Assembly (NCBI GenBank): GCA_963846575.1
Contig: CAWJWJ010000002.1
Coordinates: 384,001 to 448,000 of the forward strand
DNA length: 64,000 nt
Source of the DNA: an uncultured Nitrospiraceae bacterium
GTDB lineage: Bacteria > Nitrospirota > Nitrospiria > Nitrospirales > Nitrospiraceae
Direction: 5' to 3'
The translations under genes and the position numbers were made by a program. This document shows positions 60,301-64,000 of the stretch, piece after piece (positions within the stretch are counted from its first letter, which is position 1; every line of letters begins with the position of its first letter). Below the pieces are notes generated by a model. It was not told the origin of the DNA. It saw only the letters and a list, made by a program, of their open reading frames with translations, and did no database searches.

Positions 60301-60882
60301 TCAGTCGCGCTGTATCTCAACCTCCCTCCATCCGAGCCTATCAGACAGTAAGACGGTGTCGTGGCATTCCCATACCTTGAGGGTGTCGTCTGGAGTCCAG
60401 GCGTCAACTGGATACGTGCAGAGGGCCACAATATTCGCCTCCCCGACTGCCTCGGTCACGCCGCGTTCATAGGCGAGGAATCGCGCGCGCTGCTCCGGGG
60501 ACTGCAGCCACGATGAATCGCCTGTTACGCGAAATCCTGTGAAGCGGGGCGCCACCTGTACCACCTTCCGCATGCACGTCGCGAACATCGTCTCTGGATC
60601 GAGCGGGGCCTCCGGCCGGTACCATTCGCTGGAGGCGACGAGGTCCAACTGTCCCGTCTGAAGGTAATCGTACACGTTTGGAACAGTGCGCTGAAGGAGG
60701 ATCGTGGCCGCGGACGGGCTCAGCCAGGGCGGAAGGATCCAGTGGCAACCTTCGTGGTCGGCTAATCCGGCCTCGATATAAGAACAGATGAGCATGTGCA
60801 AGTCAGCGGCAGATCGGTAGAAGGCACATAGATGACTGCCCCAGGGCAGTGTCTGAGAAAGGGTTGTGCTGAGACGGGGCAT
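60301..60882 (-). CDS. Stand-alone MEDS sensory domain protein
   Basis: PWGSHLCAFY, YIEAGL...E.C.WI, FRVTGD..W, YE and ALCTY motifs. Confidence 0.85.
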   Translation of the reverse strand: MPRLSTTLSQTLPWGSHLCAFYRSAADLHMLICSYIEAGLADHEGCHWILPPWLSPSAATILLQRTVPNVYDYLQTGQLDLVASSEWYRPEAPLDPETMFATCMRKVVQVAPRFTGFRVTGDSSWLQSPEQRARFLAYERGVTEAVGEANIVALCTYPVDAWTPDDTLKVWECHDTVLLSDRLGWREVEIQRD

Positions 60883-61263
60883 GGCGTCCTTACGGTGGAG
60901 GTCTAAGTTCCGCTGCGCGATCAGCCTGCGTCTCTAAGGTGGCGAGAGCGCGCTCCCGCTCGCGCAATCCTTCGGACAGAAATGGGGGACCAGAAAATTT
61001 GGGTGAGCCACTGTCTGAATAAAAGTGGACGGTAGGGGACAGAGAAAGGGACGCTGACAGGCGAGGTGCCATGATGGCGTCACTCTATCATTATTTACGT
61101 AGTCGTCAGCTAGTAAGTCCTCTAGAGCAGAGTGTATGGTTTGGCCAACGCCTGTTCGGCCTAGCTGGCAGAAGAGGAAGGACCGTGGTCAGCGGGAAGC
61201 TAGAAGATTCGCGTGGGAACTCCAAGACAGGCGTACCGAGACCTTATCGTAGCGGAGTTGCGT

Positions 61264-61668
61264 TTAGTGCGTCGGACCAAGGAGTGTTTGCATAGTCATG
61301 CGCAACTGGTCGACGCCAAGCGGCTTCGTCAGCACGGCGTCAGCTCCGCGTCGCTCCCGGGAGGTCAGCATTGCCTCCGGCTCTGGTAAGCCAGACACGG
61401 CAAGGATTTTCAGGGCTGGACACGCTGCTCGTAACTCACGAATGACTTCCCAGCCGTCGCCGTTCGGCATGTGCATATCGGTGATCACGGCGTCGGTGGG
61501 CGACGCTCGAAAGCGGCACACGCCCGCTCGGCCGTTCTCGGCTTCGACGATCGTATAGCCGACGGGTTCCAGAATCGCCCGGATGAGAGTGCGCACGGCC
61601 TCCTCATCGTCAATCACCAGAATCGACGCGACGGCAGGAGACGAGATTGGTTCGAGGGTATGCTGCAC
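61264..61668 (-). CDS. Single-domain response regulator (CheY-like)
   Basis: ILVIDD, ITDMHMP..DG, AVSG and TKP motifs; GTG start with GAAGGG RBS. Confidence 0.85.
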   Translation of the reverse strand: MQHTLEPISSPAVASILVIDDEEAVRTLIRAILEPVGYTIVEAENGRAGVCRFRASPTDAVITDMHMPNGDGWEVIRELRAACPALKILAVSGLPEPEAMLTSRERRGADAVLTKPLGVDQLRMTMQTLLGPTH

Positions 61669-61839
61669 GGTGTCCCTTCGTGAAAACGAGTAACCTTTTA
61701 ATATTACCAGTATAATAGCCCTCGAATGGCTGTGAGAAGCCCTAGTTTTTGTCATCCTTCCGTTGCTGTCATCCCGAGGTGCCAAGGATATACCCTCGAT
61801 GCTGGTGAACACATGCTCTTACCTGTAGATTGTGGACGC

Positions 61840-62352
61840 ATGAGAACCATATCCCGCTATTGGGGCTATCGCGCCACTGGGTTACTGCTGGTTCTTGTCG
61901 TCGCGCCGAGCCTCGCACATGCGGAGTATATCGGGACAGTGGTGGGCGTGATCGACGGCGATTCCATCCGAGTCATCCACGATGGCCAGGCCGAGCAGAT
62001 TCGCCTCCTCGGGATCGACTGCCCCGAGAAACGTCAGCCATTCGGCACACGGGCCAGGGAATATACCTCTGAGCTGGCCTTTGGGCAGGATGTCACGGTG
62101 TACGGAGACAAGCGAGATCGCTATGGCTGACGGCTGGCCGAAGTCCTCCTCCCCGACGGCCGTAGCCTGAATCAGGAACTGGTCAAGGCTGGTTTCGCCT
62201 GGTGGTTTCGAAAGTATTCGAAGAATCTACGGTTGGGAGAGTTGGAACGGCAGGCGAGAATAGCGAAGAGAGGCTTATGGGTTGATCCGCGGCCGGAGCC
62301 ACCCTGGGAGTGGCAGAACAGCATTAAGCAGTCCAACGATGGGAATCAATAG
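61840..62352 (+). pseudogene. Secreted thermonuclease (SNase/ParB-nuc type) with internal TGA at 62128-62130
   Basis: IDGDSI, IRLLGIDCPE..QPFG, DRYG*RLA, LNQELVKAG.AW and A.RGLW...PWEW all in one frame. Confidence 0.85.
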
Positions 62353-62429
62353 ATGCATTGCGTCCCACTAGAACTCCTAAATTACTTTAAGCCACATCGA
62401 GAAGCACGTGAGGCAGTTCGGACACCTAC

Positions 62430-63221
62430 TCAACCAAGAGTTCGTGACATGATGTCGGTAGAAATCACGTGCGCCACGTGGATCACCCGCGAAGGTGCAA
62501 GGCCTCCCCAGCGTCCCCAGGGCCGAAATGTCAACGTCCAGACGCGGCGTGTATTGGCCGACGTGTTCGTATGGGCGGTGTGCAACGTCAGCGCACCATG
62601 GACCATGGCTCCCCCTGCTGACAGCGGACAGTTCACTGCCTTAGACGCATCCACATAATCCGTCATCAAGGATGAGGGATCATTGGGAAAGAAGGGGCGA
62701 TGCGGCAGGACGGCTTGATTTCGCTCCAGAGGGATATACTGCATACACCCGTTTTCGGTACCGACATCGTGCAAGGGAATCCAAAAGACGATGCTGTTGT
62801 GGCGACTGTACTTTCCATGAAAGCCTGCGTCCTGATGCCAGGGGCTCCCGACGCTACCATGCGCTTCCTTGTAGAGAGCTCGATCGTTTCCATAGAGGGC
62901 CGTGGGCCCGAGCAATTGCCTCGCGATAACCTGACAGGATTGAAAGACGCGAGTGTTGAGTAAGGCAGGCACTAGCCGCGTCGGTCGGTCAATGGCTCCA
63001 TAGGCAAGCCCTTGGTCAGCATACAGGCGGTCAATCCTACTGCCTATCCACGCAATCTCGCTCCGCCTGGTGAGTGTAGGGACGCGTAAGAAGCCTTCTT
63101 CTCGGTATCTACTGACCTCTTCCCTTGTCAAAATTCGGTGCCCGTATCTGTCGAACTGCAGAGACACATGAGAAGGCAGGAAAGTAGTATGTATGCGTGG
63201 CTCCAAGGTCGCAGGGTTCAT
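62430..63221 (-). CDS. PhyH-family Fe(II)/2OG dioxygenase
   Basis: YREEGF, PWHQD, WIPL.D...ENGCM.YIP and G...H..LTLH...N...RR motifs. Confidence 0.85.
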   Translation of the reverse strand: MNPATLEPRIHTTFLPSHVSLQFDRYGHRILTREEVSRYREEGFLRVPTLTRRSEIAWIGSRIDRLYADQGLAYGAIDRPTRLVPALLNTRVFQSCQVIARQLLGPTALYGNDRALYKEAHGSVGSPWHQDAGFHGKYSRHNSIVFWIPLHDVGTENGCMQYIPLERNQAVLPHRPFFPNDPSSLMTDYVDASKAVNCPLSAGGAMVHGALTLHTAHTNTSANTRRVWTLTFRPWGRWGGLAPSRVIHVAHVISTDIMSRTLG

Positions 63222-63326
63222 GGCTACACCTCCAGAGAGCCCTAGGCTATCGAGGAGTTAAGGATACAGCTAGCCTACAGAAGGGATCGGACAGATCCCT
63301 TAGAGGTAGGCTCCACTGAAGCGTGA

Positions 63327-63821
63327 TTATCGGCTGAGTTCCGCGACACGCAGGTCGCGTTCTTTCATGTTGCGTGCCGACGTGAGGTCAGGGTGCCCCA
63401 ACAGGGTGTGCAATACCTCCTGTCGGAGTTGCCCTCGCAACGCTTTGCTCGCCATGGAAGAGACCGCAGGATCTTGCAAGAGGTTTAGCCAACCAATGGT
63501 AGCGGCATCATAGCGGCTAGTGGGCATAGCCGTGTGCAACTCCTGAAACACCCGAATCGCATCGGCACGATTTTCGAAAAGGGCCACCAACCCGCGGGCA
63601 TAGTACGCATCTTCACACGCAGACCCTTTGTGACAAGTTTTCATTCGAGTGTCCTGTGCCTGGGCAATCGCCTTGAGCGGAGTGAGTTCGGCCGCGTCGC
63701 TGGAAAAGTAGGCGCTACTCGGTAGGGTCGTGGACGAGCCAGCCTTCATCATCGTACAGCCTGCTATCCCCCCGGCCAGGAGGACCCCGAGTGCAAAACC
63801 GAGGATCGTTCGTTGGGACAT
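63327..63821 (-). CDS. Hypothetical lipoprotein with a TPR-like segment
   Basis: AGGAGG RBS; lipobox IAGC; AYYARGLVALF...A...F..L....P.SRY. Confidence 0.7.
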   Translation of the reverse strand: MSQRTILGFALGVLLAGGIAGCTMMKAGSSTTLPSSAYFSSDAAELTPLKAIAQAQDTRMKTCHKGSACEDAYYARGLVALFENRADAIRVFQELHTAMPTSRYDAATIGWLNLLQDPAVSSMASKALRGQLRQEVLHTLLGHPDLTSARNMKERDLRVAELSR

Positions 63822-64000
63822 GGCGTGCCTCCTAAAAAGTGACGGTGTAGGCTTGCGTTTACTATCTCTGTCGACACTCTGATTGTAGCGATGAACTTCG
63901 ACCGGTCATGATGCGGAGGATGTACTGCTTCGGTACGGTGTCTCTCGGCAAGCAAGATTAAGGCGAGCTAGTAATGCTGAGCATGAGTCATCTCTGAGAG

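Larger units (their letters stand above)
50475..64000. mobile_element. tRNA-Ala-anchored genomic island (right end not in window)
   Basis: Recombinase abutting the tRNA 3' end, visibly more AT-rich sequence, prophage genes and multiple gene remnants. Confidence 0.75.

Noticed and set aside
62128..62130. Selenocysteine or readthrough at the nuclease TGA
   Set aside because: The position is a conserved Arg, not Cys, and no convincing SECIS follows
50497..64000. Search for a duplicated tRNA 3' end (attR) or a dif-like site
   Set aside because: None found by eye; serine integrases need only a very short core and the right junction may be outside the window

Overview
GC-rich bacterial chromosome segment; gene content and style suggest Nitrospira (inference, not verified). 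Bases 1-50.4 kb are mostly core or accessory chromosome: DUF2330 plus an orphan RnfD-like gene, an ECF sigma/anti-sigma pair, an Aas-like fusion, prmA, thiD, tenA, sthA, tpx, a two-subunit biotin carboxylase with a cluster of single-base insertions, hemE-hemH-hemY, mazG, an NtrY/NtrX-like pair and purM-purN. A tRNA-Ala(CGC) at 50421-50496 marks the left edge of an island that runs off the right end of the window. The island begins with a large serine recombinase whose last codons and stop lie antisense inside the tRNA. Next is a ~5.3 kb filamentous-phage (inovirus-like) prophage: Xis-like HTH, dso-like hairpin, Rep_trans, SSB-like gene, small membrane genes, pIII/pVI-like genes and a Zot/pI ATPase. 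Its most unusual features are (i) two paralogous coat-like genes, one with a signal peptide and one leaderless, placed after pI; (ii) an antisense RadC/JAB gene behind a hairpin-rich leader, oriented so the predicted packaged ssDNA strand is its template; and (iii) no secretin gene. Decaying signalling, nuclease and dioxygenase cargo follows. Several frameshifts may be assembly errors, so pseudogene calls are provisional. All family names come from motif recognition by eye, not database searches.
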